Sequence record: MN159079.1
Length of the DNA: 64,000 nucleotides
Reading direction: 5' to 3' (one strand)
Each line of letters begins with the position of its first letter. The first letter of the stretch is position 1. The notes under the pieces were generated by a model that saw only the letters and a program-made list of their open reading frames with translations, was not told the origin of the DNA and did not search any database. The position numbers and the translations under genes were made by a program. This document shows positions 1-9,536 of this stretch, piece after piece.

Positions 1-597
1 CACGGAACATTGTACGATGAGGACAAATGGAGTAAGTTGGCTAGTAAAGCAATCTTCTCCGGCCACATCCACAAACCAGGTAGAAAACACAACATCTATT
101 GTTCCGGTTCTTTCGATCGTATCGCATTTGGTGAAATGCACCCAAAAGGTGCGTACCGTTTCGAGTTCGGTAAAGATCACTTCAAAGCCGAGTTCTATGA
201 AAACACCAGGGCTCAGATCTATGACAAAATCATGATCACTCCGGAGATGGAATCACTCGAGCTTTCCATGAAACTCGAGAAATACATTGACGAAAACAAT
301 CCGCCAGCCAGGACTCATATCCGAGTGTGTGGTGGTGATTCCAGTGTAGTGATTCCAGTGGTAGCCAGTTTCAGGGAAAAGTTTCCAAAGTACATTTTCG
401 ATTACGAGAATGCTAAGGAAGATAATGTCGAGATCGATGACACTCTGTACACTCCCGAAGCGTATAAGGCTATCACCTTAACAGCAGACAACCTGGAAGA
501 TAACCTTCTTAACTTCATGGCACCAACACTCCATGAGAATGATTGGGTTGACCAGGAACTGTTGAAAGAACTTCTACGAGAGGTGATCAATGAATAA
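1..597 (+). CDS. sbcD: SbcD/Mre11-like metallophosphoesterase nuclease, C-terminal part (5'-truncated by window edge)
   Basis: Frame is open from base 1. Calcineurin-like phosphoesterase motifs SGHIH and YCSGSFDR-x3-GE. Position matches the phiKZ gp65-like slot (synteny from memory). Confidence 0.8.
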   Translation, partial: HGTLYDEDKWSKLASKAIFSGHIHKPGRKHNIYCSGSFDRIAFGEMHPKGAYRFEFGKDHFKAEFYENTRAQIYDKIMITPEMESLELSMKLEKYIDENNPPARTHIRVCGGDSSVVIPVVASFREKFPKYIFDYENAKEDNVEIDDTLYTPEAYKAITLTADNLEDNLLNFMAPTLHENDWVDQELLKELLREVINE

Positions 598-1396
598 CAG
601 AACGTTGGGAACACTTCCGATAAGTGTCGGAACTTCCATTGCAATAGAGGGGCTTGCAAACGCCCCTATGCATCGTTATCAGTCCTTCCTGATCAACATA
701 CGGACTATTGTTCGGAACGCTCGTGAAGCGTTTGATGAGCTACCTAACGAAGATGATCTCTTCGAGGCGGCAAAGGAAGACATGATCCAAATAGCGACAG
801 CTATAGCCGGGATGAAACTGAAAACCATTTTGGATATGAAGTTCTACTACCCGACCTATAATTCGTTACCACGACTTTTCCCAATGGCAAAACTCAAACC
901 AACTGATCCTAGCAAGATGCTGCTCCCTCGTGAACAGAACTTGAAGATCAGGACGATCCTGGACAATAAGGTATATCGTAAACTTCTCAGTGAGTTTAAC
1001 AAACTTATTGTACAGATAGATTCGTATCTCCCACAATTTGGTGGGGATGGTTTGATCATCACTCATCACCCTGTTGATCTGGTATTGACAGAAAGTTACC
1101 ACCGTCTCCATCTGTTAGAAAGCCACACTGGTACCATCAAGAACTACACGATGTTGACCACCAAGCTGACTGGCGGTGACACCATGCCTAACATGCCGTT
1201 GAACAAACTGACTATTCAGATCTTCGGCGATAAAGCAGTCAATTTTCTGTCACAGAACCAAGGTGTTAAGAAAGAGATCAAGGAATTAGCCAACAGCGTT
1301 CCCTGGAGTTCTGCCTCAACCCATAGTTTCGTTGCAATGTCTATTCGGAAGTTGAAAGCCTCCCCCGAAAAAGACATCCTCATCAAAATGATTTAA
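590..1396 (+). CDS. Conserved jumbo-phage hypothetical protein (phiKZ gp66-like slot)
   Basis: 268-aa ORF overlapping the previous stop (ATGA-type coupling). Lies between the SbcD-like and ChmC-like genes. Confidence 0.75.
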   Translation: MNNRTLGTLPISVGTSIAIEGLANAPMHRYQSFLINIRTIVRNAREAFDELPNEDDLFEAAKEDMIQIATAIAGMKLKTILDMKFYYPTYNSLPRLFPMAKLKPTDPSKMLLPREQNLKIRTILDNKVYRKLLSEFNKLIVQIDSYLPQFGGDGLIITHHPVDLVLTESYHRLHLLESHTGTIKNYTMLTTKLTGGDTMPNMPLNKLTIQIFGDKAVNFLSQNQGVKKEIKELANSVPWSSASTHSFVAMSIRKLKASPEKDILIKMI

Positions 1397-1410
1397 TTAG
1401 GAGAAATAAC

Positions 1411-2169
1411 ATGTCCCAGCAACAAGGTCAATTCCAGCGTCGTCCCGACACCATGTTCAACGACTTCCGCTACCCGATGCCTCAGACCCGTGAGCCGGTA
1501 GACGGTGCCAAGTTCCCTGCCCGTTGGGTTTGGGATTTCGGTCTGGACGGCAAGGTCAAGTTCAAGGTCAACGACGGTATCTTCGGTCAACAGGACAAGA
1601 ACAGCAAGCTCAAAGAAGTTGAGCTGGGTGCGATGGACCGGAACTCCATCCTCAACCTGATCATGAACGCCATCGAAGACCCCAACTTCACCAAGGCTCA
1701 GTACCATGTGAAGAAGAAGGTATTCGGTCAAGGCGGTCGTATGAACGATCAGCCGTCTACCCTGGGTACTTTCACCATCATCCGTACCAGCGAAGGCAAG
1801 ATCGCCGTTGGTTATACCAAGGGTACCTACAAGGTCATGTTCGAGTTCAACGGCCCCAACGACTCCATCGTTGTGTTGAGCAAAGACGGTCAAAGCTACG
1901 AAGACCACGGTCTGATGTCTCGCGTTTACGCCAAGGCGTTTGTCGAGTTCAGTCGCAAGTTCCTGGACCAGTTCGAGTGGGACAACTTCAAGCCCCGTGA
2001 GCGCAAAGAGAACAATGGCGGTGGTAACCGCGGTGGTGGCAACAACAACTGGGGCAACCGTAACGGTGGCAACGGTGGTGGCGGTAATAACAACTACAAC
2101 GGTGGTGGTAACGGTGGCGGTGGTAACCGTCAAGCACCTGCCGACTTCGATGATGACATCGACTTCTAA
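1411..2169 (+). CDS. chmC: ChmC-like nucleic-acid-binding protein (phiKZ gp67/Imp6-like) with Asn/Gly-rich tail
   Basis: Strong RBS (AGGAGA) and highly biased codons. Folded N-domain followed by N/G-rich disordered tail with acidic tip. Immediately upstream of the gp68-like subunit, as in Chimalliviridae. Confidence 0.7.
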   Translation: MSQQQGQFQRRPDTMFNDFRYPMPQTREPVDGAKFPARWVWDFGLDGKVKFKVNDGIFGQQDKNSKLKEVELGAMDRNSILNLIMNAIEDPNFTKAQYHVKKKVFGQGGRMNDQPSTLGTFTIIRTSEGKIAVGYTKGTYKVMFEFNGPNDSIVVLSKDGQSYEDHGLMSRVYAKAFVEFSRKFLDQFEWDNFKPRERKENNGGGNRGGGNNNWGNRNGGNGGGGNNNYNGGGNGGGGNRQAPADFDDDIDF

Positions 2170-2181
2170 CACGTTTAATAA

Positions 2182-2216
2182 AGAGCGAGAACTTCGGTTC
2201 TCGCTCTAAACTTTTT
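2182..2216 (+). terminator. Intrinsic terminator
   Basis: AGAGCGAGAAC-TTCG-GTTCTCGCTCT, perfect 11-bp stem, followed by a T-run. Confidence 0.85.
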
Positions 2217-2234
2217 GCTGCTCTATAAATTAAT

Positions 2235-2254
2235 AGACAGATATTATTAGCGTG
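2235..2254 (+). promoter_or_regulatory. Putative early (virion-RNAP) promoter
   Basis: AGACAG-ATATTAT-TAGCGTG. One of 7 copies, similar to the TATATTAC early motif of phiKZ. Confidence 0.65.
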
Positions 2255-2272
2255 TAATCCGTAGGAGGTATT

Positions 2273-3874
2273 ATGCTTTACTCAATCAAGATGAGTGGTA
2301 AAAGGAAGATAGAAGGAATCGTTGTTAGTCATAATGGCGAAGAAATCGAATTCCGTGGAACCCAAAACGTTAACGGTGGTGACGCGAACCAACCGTTGTA
2401 CGAATTCCTCAATAGCTTCTTCGAGAGTGTCCATGCGCACAAACTGGACCAACTCTGGGGTTGCCTGAAAGCAGCAAAACGTATCCTGGAACCAGGGTAT
2501 TTCGAAGGAGAAGAAGAAACTCGTGAACTCGAAGAGTTGCGAGCGAACACTGACAACTATGAATTCCTGGTATCCAAGTTGTCCGGGATCTTCAAGCAGA
2601 TCTACTCCATCATTCCACCAGGTGATATCGCCTACGCCGCAAGTGTAGAGAAACGCGATGAACCGCCACGCGACCTGATGCAGGTTGCTTCGACCGGACG
2701 GTATCCTGAAGAGACCACCATCACTCCCGACAAATATCGTGAGCTGGTACGACTCTCCTTTGCCATCCAACTCAGCTTCCCGATCATGAACCAGTTCCTG
2801 GACAACATCGTGAAGAAGACTGGTAAGGAATATCAGTACGCACCAGCGGGCGACATCATCACCAGCTTCCCAGCTGTGATCGATATGCCCGGTTGGCGAG
2901 TTCTGGAAACCTATATCAGGGCATCCTGTCAACGTCAAGAAAGCAAACGTAACTCAATGGAAGTAGTTTCCAATGATCGTTATGTTACCAACATCATTTT
3001 CCGTGGTGTCTTTGGTAAGCTGGCATTGTCTTTCATCCCGAGCCTGGACAGGGATAAGAACCTGTCTAAGCAACTCAACAGTCTGGTAGAAGGCGAAGTG
3101 CGCAAAGAACAATCCACGCGCTTCACTAGCTATACCGACAACAAACCTGGTTCCGATGATCAGTCCATCCCGGAAAGTTATCGGATTTGCCAGAACGTTA
3201 ACGGAACCGAGGAGTTGGCTCAAGCCGAGTTCTTCAGTTTCGGGATGTTCGACGAAGAGGAGAATCCGCGGTACACCAACTTCTTCTACTATCAGTGCCA
3301 GGCTCTGGGGATCAAGAATCAGGAACTCGCTGAACGGGTATTCAACTGTATCCCGACAGTGACCAATCTCCATCTGACCAAGATTCAGTTGAAGTTGTTG
3401 CAACTGGTATATAAAGAAGACATCGGAATGTATCTGGTTCCGGCGTTGGATTATCGCCAGTACACTGCGGCAATCGCCCTGGCACAAGTTCGTTTGTACG
3501 AAATGGGTTATGAGTATCTTGCGCAACTGTGCGGGATCATGCGTAATCCAGAATTGCCGATCACCTACATGAACGACGAATTCAAGCTCAACACCAAGGA
3601 GCGAGATCAGTTGGTAGCGTTGTGTGATCTTTACGACGGTCAATCGGATGCGTCCACTGATAACCTCATGGTTATCGCCGCCCAGGAAATGCTGGATGAA
3701 CTGGGTAATTCTGGTTGGGAAAGTAACATCGAACCTGGGTTGTTTAGCAACCAAGAGTTCATTGACCACATGTCTGCTGGTGATACTTATGAAGTCTCAC
3801 TGGTTCCGCAAATCAAGACTGAACTGTTGGAATTCATCGTACTGATGAACACCGCAGAAACCACCGAACAATAA
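2273..3874 (+). CDS. Non-virion RNA polymerase specificity (sigma-like) subunit, phiKZ gp68-like
   Basis: 533 aa with RBS AGGAGG. Size and position between the ChmC-like and PicA-like genes fit gp68. Confidence 0.7.
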   Translation: MLYSIKMSGKRKIEGIVVSHNGEEIEFRGTQNVNGGDANQPLYEFLNSFFESVHAHKLDQLWGCLKAAKRILEPGYFEGEEETRELEELRANTDNYEFLVSKLSGIFKQIYSIIPPGDIAYAASVEKRDEPPRDLMQVASTGRYPEETTITPDKYRELVRLSFAIQLSFPIMNQFLDNIVKKTGKEYQYAPAGDIITSFPAVIDMPGWRVLETYIRASCQRQESKRNSMEVVSNDRYVTNIIFRGVFGKLALSFIPSLDRDKNLSKQLNSLVEGEVRKEQSTRFTSYTDNKPGSDDQSIPESYRICQNVNGTEELAQAEFFSFGMFDEEENPRYTNFFYYQCQALGIKNQELAERVFNCIPTVTNLHLTKIQLKLLQLVYKEDIGMYLVPALDYRQYTAAIALAQVRLYEMGYEYLAQLCGIMRNPELPITYMNDEFKLNTKERDQLVALCDLYDGQSDASTDNLMVIAAQEMLDELGNSGWESNIEPGLFSNQEFIDHMSAGDTYEVSLVPQIKTELLEFIVLMNTAETTEQ

Positions 3875-3897
3875 ACAAGTAAATAGAGGAAATAACA

Positions 3898-5421
3898 ATG
3901 CTGCAACTGATCGAAGTTAAATGTGGTCTGACCAACTTCTACCCGGACCAGGTAATCCGCAACAACGAGATGAATCTCAATAATGAGATCATCAACGACA
4001 TGGTTCGTGAAAACCTGTCTGGTGGCGTCACCCCGTCCACTCTGCTTCATGGTGCTGCACTTTGTGGTGGGCTCAGTGCGCAAGCGACTGACTGGGGTCA
4101 GATCTATGGTGGCTGGAATGACTCCAAGGGCTTGATGCTCATGAAGTTCGTCCAGGAAGGTAACAACCCGGTGATGGTAGAATATGTCCACGTGATGGGC
4201 TATATCCACAGCAACAACAGTCAAGGTCTGGATCGTAACGCGATCTTCGTACCTCAGTACAGTTGGCGTACCACCGAGCGTGTGACCGCTGGTGCCACTT
4301 TCGACATGGCAACCAACATCAAGCGCACCCTCTCTCACCGTACCGACTACCTGATCAACGACACCTATCGCCAAGAAGAAATCGTGACCCTCCGTCCTAC
4401 CGACGTCCTGGACGGTGCTTCCAACCTGATGTGTCGTGAAGACACCATGCGTCTGATGGAACAAGAAGGGCTCGAATCCTTCGACCCGCAGACCATCGTG
4501 GCCGGTTCCTCTGTGAAACGGGTTGGTGTGGTACCTTCCACTCGTTCCAACCTGAACCCGTCAGCTTACGCCACTGAATGTCTTGGTGGTGCACTGACCA
4601 TCCAGAACAACACTCGGAACTACCAACCTGGTTGGAATGGTACCGAGATGTCCGGTAACTGGAACACCGTGGCGGAAATTGGCGCAGAGATGCGTGGTCG
4701 TGAACCGCTGTTGACCCAGGATGAGTTCTTCCGTGATGTACGGACTCACTCCGGTGCTGTGGTGGATAACGGGTTCGGCGGTTTCAGCATTGGTGATCTG
4801 GAAGTCACCTACCCCAACTTCGAAGAAGTGTTGGACCTGACACTGTATGACGCAGAAATGTATCAGCAGTTCAACTACACCGAAACTTCCGAAGCGATGG
4901 GTACCAGTCAGCTCGGCGAGTTCGTCTCCCAGGAAATCATGATGAATATCATGGACCTGATGGCGAAGAACGACCTGGCAGCGATCAAGCTCCGTGGTTC
5001 CAACTGCGACTACCAAAACGGTGATGGTCATCTGTCCAATGTGAACATCATTCCTTACGACGGTGTTTCCCTGAAAGACGACGACTTCAACCTGGGTTAC
5101 AACATGAAGCAACTGGTGGCCAGCCTGACCACGCAGATCTTCGTAAAACTCAACGGTGTCAATCCCAGTAACCTGGTTCCGCTCCGCTTCTCCATCGAAG
5201 CAGAACTGATGGGTACTTGTAACGTAAGTGTCCAGATCGTGGATATGAACAACGCATCCCAACACTTCGATATGGCCGAGAGCGGTAACATCGTTGGCAT
5301 GGTGAACCGTTCCTTCCCGACCTTCGCAATCAACAACTACAGCTCCATCATCGGGACCTCCGATACAGCTCTCCAAGGAAGCCAAAACTTCCTGAACAAC
5401 GTCTCCAGCTATTTCAATTAA
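3898..5421 (+). CDS. picA: PicA/Imp1-like phage-nucleus protein-import factor (phiKZ gp69-like)
   Basis: 507 aa directly downstream of the gp68-like gene. Assignment is by size and synteny, not by a diagnostic motif. Confidence 0.6.
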   Translation: MLQLIEVKCGLTNFYPDQVIRNNEMNLNNEIINDMVRENLSGGVTPSTLLHGAALCGGLSAQATDWGQIYGGWNDSKGLMLMKFVQEGNNPVMVEYVHVMGYIHSNNSQGLDRNAIFVPQYSWRTTERVTAGATFDMATNIKRTLSHRTDYLINDTYRQEEIVTLRPTDVLDGASNLMCREDTMRLMEQEGLESFDPQTIVAGSSVKRVGVVPSTRSNLNPSAYATECLGGALTIQNNTRNYQPGWNGTEMSGNWNTVAEIGAEMRGREPLLTQDEFFRDVRTHSGAVVDNGFGGFSIGDLEVTYPNFEEVLDLTLYDAEMYQQFNYTETSEAMGTSQLGEFVSQEIMMNIMDLMAKNDLAAIKLRGSNCDYQNGDGHLSNVNIIPYDGVSLKDDDFNLGYNMKQLVASLTTQIFVKLNGVNPSNLVPLRFSIEAELMGTCNVSVQIVDMNNASQHFDMAESGNIVGMVNRSFPTFAINNYSSIIGTSDTALQGSQNFLNNVSSYFN

Positions 5422-5425
5422 GGAA

Positions 5426-6940
5426 ATGACAATGAACCAACTGAACAAAATCTACGTAGCGGTCAACAAATCCCTCAACGTGGAGTTTGACGAGAACTAT
5501 GCCATGTTCCTGAACATGGGTGGTGCCAAGCATCCGGTAAAGGTTGACGACAAACAAGTCTACCTGGGTGAAAGCGAAGTGCTGAACGGCGTCACCATCG
5601 GTAAGGTGATCTTCCACCCGGCCTGTGAATCCATCATGTCGAAGGAAACCGAGATCTTCAAGGTTATCCGGAAACTGACTGCCGCTCGCCTCTATCAAGT
5701 CGTGCAGCCGGTTGCACAAGTCATCTTCGCCGTGGCCGGTAAGAAGTCCGGTAAGACCCTGAACGGTAAACTGGTGGAGTTCCTGGCTCCTTTCAAGGCT
5801 GCCAGTAAGGAAGTGAAGGATGATGTACTGGCGTTGATCCAGGATATCGGTATCACTCTGGATGGCGCCGGTATCGATAACCGGATGATCACTTTCAACA
5901 TGGTGAAGGGTGGTAAGGATGCTGATGGCAACCACATCTATTACACCACCACTCCGAGCTATCCGTACTACAACGAAGTCGTCAAGTTCATGTCGCAGAA
6001 CGCCGGCAAGAAACCTGGTGACAAGGTTGTGTTCAACAAGACCAAGGTTGACTACGCAGCACTGCTGTTGGTTGTCGCCATGTTCGAGTTGGTCTTCCCG
6101 TCGGTAACTGATCCGTCCTGCCATGCTGCCAGTGTCACCACTGCCGACTGTGCTCGACTGATCTCCTTCTTCCAGTCCTACGCACTGGTCGCATCCGAAG
6201 TGAACGCTTTCATCGGTAAGTTCCGTAAGGAATTCGATGCTATCGGGATCTACGGTATCGATCTGAGCTGGCTGGGTGATCTGGAAACCATCGGTGAACT
6301 GAAAGACCTGATTCCGTCCATGCCGTACAACAACTACAACACCAGTTCTCCGGCCAAGGAAGCTGCTGCTGATCCGTACGCAGCACTGCTGAACACCAAC
6401 CGGCAAGTGATCGCACCGACTGTGACCAACACCACCACCCAGACTCAACAGTCAACAACTGGCCAACCGCCGGCCCCTGCCTGTAAGCCTGGTGAAGCAC
6501 TGATGAGCTGCGAGTTGATCCCGAGCAACGGTCTGTACGAGTTCAAGTACAGTACCGCGACCGGTATGATTCGTATCGTCACCACTGCTGAAGATGGTCG
6601 GATCCAAACCGAGTCCTACACTTCTCCGCAAGCTCTGGCTGCCAAAGCCCAGATGCAAGCAATGAAGGAAGCCGCTCTGGGGATGGGTCTGATGATGCCA
6701 GGGATGATGCAACCGGTACCCCAGTTCGATGCGTGGGGTAATCCGATTCGCCGTCCTACCGGTATCTTCGGTCAAGTACCTCCTGGTTACTTCCGTGACT
6801 CCATGACCGGCCAACTGGTACCTGTCCAACAGGGTCACCAGCAACAAGGTGGTCTGGGTACTCAGGATGCCTGGGGAACTGGTCAACAGCAAGTTCCTTA
6901 CCAGGATAACTTCTACGGTGGTTACACCAACTTCCAGTAA
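5426..6940 (+). CDS. Conserved protein (phiKZ gp70-like) with Q/P/G/M-rich C-terminal disordered region
   Basis: 504-aa ORF, last gene before the terminator at 6951. Low-complexity C-terminus. Confidence 0.7.
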   Translation: MTMNQLNKIYVAVNKSLNVEFDENYAMFLNMGGAKHPVKVDDKQVYLGESEVLNGVTIGKVIFHPACESIMSKETEIFKVIRKLTAARLYQVVQPVAQVIFAVAGKKSGKTLNGKLVEFLAPFKAASKEVKDDVLALIQDIGITLDGAGIDNRMITFNMVKGGKDADGNHIYYTTTPSYPYYNEVVKFMSQNAGKKPGDKVVFNKTKVDYAALLLVVAMFELVFPSVTDPSCHAASVTTADCARLISFFQSYALVASEVNAFIGKFRKEFDAIGIYGIDLSWLGDLETIGELKDLIPSMPYNNYNTSSPAKEAAADPYAALLNTNRQVIAPTVTNTTTQTQQSTTGQPPAPACKPGEALMSCELIPSNGLYEFKYSTATGMIRIVTTAEDGRIQTESYTSPQALAAKAQMQAMKEAALGMGLMMPGMMQPVPQFDAWGNPIRRPTGIFGQVPPGYFRDSMTGQLVPVQQGHQQQGGLGTQDAWGTGQQQVPYQDNFYGGYTNFQ

Positions 6941-6950
6941 GACAATAAAA

Positions 6951-7000
6951 GCCAGGGAACCCGTGAGGGTTCCCTGGCTCTTTATATACTTATTTTTTTT
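6951..7000. terminator. Bidirectional intrinsic terminator
   Basis: GCCAGGGAACCC-GTGA-GGGTTCCCTGGC, 12-bp stem, A-run before and T-run after, between convergent genes. Confidence 0.85.
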
Positions 7001-7341
7001 TATTCCCGTTGTACGCGGTTAGTCTGCGTGATCATCAGCAAGTCTTCACGAGTGATCATCTTGATTTCAGAGAGATGACTGAAGTCTGCTGTTGGATCGT
7101 CGATATCGTTGATGAACCCAATAACCCACATCATGTCTTCGGCGACTCGTTCGGTTATTGTTCCTGCACCGTACTCCCTAAGGAACTTATAGAAGTTATG
7201 ACGATAGGCAAACTTCTTACCTATGTCAACAATGGGAACACTACTAGCTCTCGCTTGTAATATTTCTTTACAAGACCTGACTATTACTTTGAATTCCTCA
7301 GTGTAGAAGTAATCATTCCCACTGGCGATACGTAAAGGCAT
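7000..7341 (-). CDS. Small conserved protein, possibly T4 gp53/LysM-like baseplate protein
   Basis: 113 aa with GGAG RBS on the minus strand. Pattern YRHNFYKFLREYG...MWVIGFINDIDDPTADF resembles gp53/tail-X-type proteins (inference). Confidence 0.55.
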   Translation of the reverse strand: MPLRIASGNDYFYTEEFKVIVRSCKEILQARASSVPIVDIGKKFAYRHNFYKFLREYGAGTITERVAEDMMWVIGFINDIDDPTADFSHLSEIKMITREDLLMITQTNRVQRE

Positions 7342-7377
7342 AACGACTCCTTTAAAATAATTCCCCTATATCTTTTC

Positions 7378-7397
7378 AACCAGATATTATCTAGTTG
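7378..7397 (+). promoter_or_regulatory. Putative early promoter
   Basis: AACCAG-ATATTAT-CTAGTTG upstream of the nvRNAP beta gene. Confidence 0.65.
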
Positions 7398-7423
7398 TTA
7401 CACACAAGAAGGGTAATCAGAAA

Positions 7424-9514
7424 ATGTCCAAGAAAATAAACCAAGTAACACCAGATACCGCAGGTGTTGCGGTAGGTCTCAACGCAAACCGGATGTGTAC
7501 TTCTCCATCCCGTCTGTACATGCTCTGTAAGAACCAAGGCAAAGCCGCGGTAATCAAGCACAGCACTGGCCGTTTGATGGCTACTGCTGACGAACAAGAG
7601 TATGCACGAACTGCTCGCAAAGTAGAGACCGATGGTAACGTGGTTGTTGAAGAGGTGTTCTTCGTCAAGGATCCCAACAACACCAATCAGCCGATGATGT
7701 GGGGTACTCAATATGTCATCGTGAGAAATGAGGATACTCACGTATATGACTTGATCGAAATGTCCAAGTTCAATACCCAAAACATGGAACTGGGTTTTGA
7801 ATACAAGTACAACAAGGACCTTCTCCGGACGGTTCAGAAGGGAGCCAGGTACAAGAAGGGTACGGTGTTTGCCAGTTCTGCTCGGATCACCGAATCTGGC
7901 GAGTGGTGTCCTGGGGTAGAAACTCGTGTGGCAGCAATGTCTCATGTGGATACCGAAGAAGACGCGGTTGTCATCTACCGCAGTTACGCCCAAAAGGTTG
8001 GTGTCGTGTTCTCCAGGGAACATCGTTATCAGTGGGACGAAGAAGACTACGTCATGCTGAACCTTTACGGTGAACTTGATCGTCATCAGGGATTCCCCTT
8101 CTCCGGTGAACGTGTTCGTCATGATGGGATCGTGATGGGCTTCCGTAAGAAAGATAAAACGGTAGCTCTGAACGCACTGTCCAAGCAGGCACTGATGGAA
8201 CCGGATCCGATGTACGACGTGCTGTTCTATTCCAGCCCTGACTGCATCGTGGCCGATATCCAAGTAGAAACCGAACGGTACAAAAACCAGTCCAACAACC
8301 GGAAAGCTGAAAAGCGCACGCTTCCGCACACTGCTGAACTGGAACGTATCGAGGAAATGTACAACGAGTTCTATAACCGTGTTATTCGCTGGTACAACAG
8401 CGTAAAACGCAACCATAGCGACCAGGTACCTCTTTCTCCGGCACTCTGGAACTTCATCATCACCTGCCAGGCAAACATCACCAGGGACTTCTCCACACCC
8501 CATGCAACCGGTAAGTTCCACAAAGTCAAACGGAAGATGAGTAACATCAATCTGAAAGACTGGCGGATCACCATCAAGCTGCGGGAAGACGTTGAAGGTA
8601 AAGTACGTTTCAAGAACACCGGGATGGACGGTAACAAGTCGGTTATCATGAAAGTACTTCCAGACGAGGAAGCGCCGATCGATGACCACGGTAACCGTTG
8701 CGACATGATCGTAGGTAACACACCTGCATTCCGTCGACAAATCCTGGGTACACTGATCGAACTGGATGTGAACTTCATCAACATCCATACCTATCCCAAG
8801 ATCGTTGCTGCGTATGACGCTGGTGACATGGAGACAGCTTGGAACCTTGCATCGACCTTCTACAAAACAGTGAACCCGTCGTTTGGTAAACTGGTAGAGT
8901 CTTTGAATGGTGAAGAGCGACTCAACCACCTTGCCTGGATCCGGAAGAAAGATACTGAGTTCTCAGTACAAGCACCGTCAGCAGATGGTGAAGTAGGGAT
9001 CAGTATCATCGAGAGATTGAAAGAGCAGTATCCCGACATTCAACCGACCCCGGTCACCTACATTAACCAGTATGGCGATACCATCAGAACTCGTCACCCG
9101 ATCGTAATCAGTTCGCTGTATTACATCATGCTGGATAAATTTGGTGACGACATGTCCTGTCAGTCAACTCCCAAGTTCAACATCTTTGGTCTTCCTACCT
9201 CTCTGAGTAAGGATGAACGTGCCCGGGAATTCCACCGTAGTGTGGGTAACCGAAACGTGGGTGAAACTGAAGGTCGTCTCTTCATCAACCAGAAAGGTGG
9301 TGTTGCCGCTGTAAGGACGTTGGCCTTGGGTAACTCTCCGGCATTGTTGGAACAATCCGTACGTCGCATCATCCGTGCAGACAACCCGATGACAATTAAG
9401 TATCTGGTTAAGCCGGGTGAGGAACGTCAAAACCACGCACTCCAGGTAATGGATAACATGTTGTCTGACTTCGGGTCGAAGCTGCGCCGTGAACGCCCGG
9501 AAGACATCGTTTAA
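7424..9514 (+). CDS. rpoB: Non-virion RNAP beta subunit, C-terminal part (phiKZ gp71-73-like), uninterrupted
   Basis: KVRFKNTGMDGNKSVI (equivalent to GDKxxGRHGNKG) and GNRNVGETEGR (equivalent to GQRFGEME). Confidence 0.9.
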   Translation: MSKKINQVTPDTAGVAVGLNANRMCTSPSRLYMLCKNQGKAAVIKHSTGRLMATADEQEYARTARKVETDGNVVVEEVFFVKDPNNTNQPMMWGTQYVIVRNEDTHVYDLIEMSKFNTQNMELGFEYKYNKDLLRTVQKGARYKKGTVFASSARITESGEWCPGVETRVAAMSHVDTEEDAVVIYRSYAQKVGVVFSREHRYQWDEEDYVMLNLYGELDRHQGFPFSGERVRHDGIVMGFRKKDKTVALNALSKQALMEPDPMYDVLFYSSPDCIVADIQVETERYKNQSNNRKAEKRTLPHTAELERIEEMYNEFYNRVIRWYNSVKRNHSDQVPLSPALWNFIITCQANITRDFSTPHATGKFHKVKRKMSNINLKDWRITIKLREDVEGKVRFKNTGMDGNKSVIMKVLPDEEAPIDDHGNRCDMIVGNTPAFRRQILGTLIELDVNFINIHTYPKIVAAYDAGDMETAWNLASTFYKTVNPSFGKLVESLNGEERLNHLAWIRKKDTEFSVQAPSADGEVGISIIERLKEQYPDIQPTPVTYINQYGDTIRTRHPIVISSLYYIMLDKFGDDMSCQSTPKFNIFGLPTSLSKDERAREFHRSVGNRNVGETEGRLFINQKGGVAAVRTLALGNSPALLEQSVRRIIRADNPMTIKYLVKPGEERQNHALQVMDNMLSDFGSKLRRERPEDIV

Positions 9515-9536
9515 TAATAGCAAAGTAGGAGTTAAG

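Noticed and set aside
2011-2130. GGT/GGC/AAC tandem-like repeats
   Set aside because: They are coding low-complexity sequence (N/G tail of the ChmC-like protein), not a DNA repeat element or CRISPR array.
7424-9514. Possible group I intron/homing endonuclease in nvRNAP beta (as in phiKZ gp71-73), or inteins in RNAP, DnaB, helicase or PolB
   Set aside because: The ORFs are continuous and of intein-free length. No HNH/LAGLIDADG motifs or C...HN splice junctions were seen.
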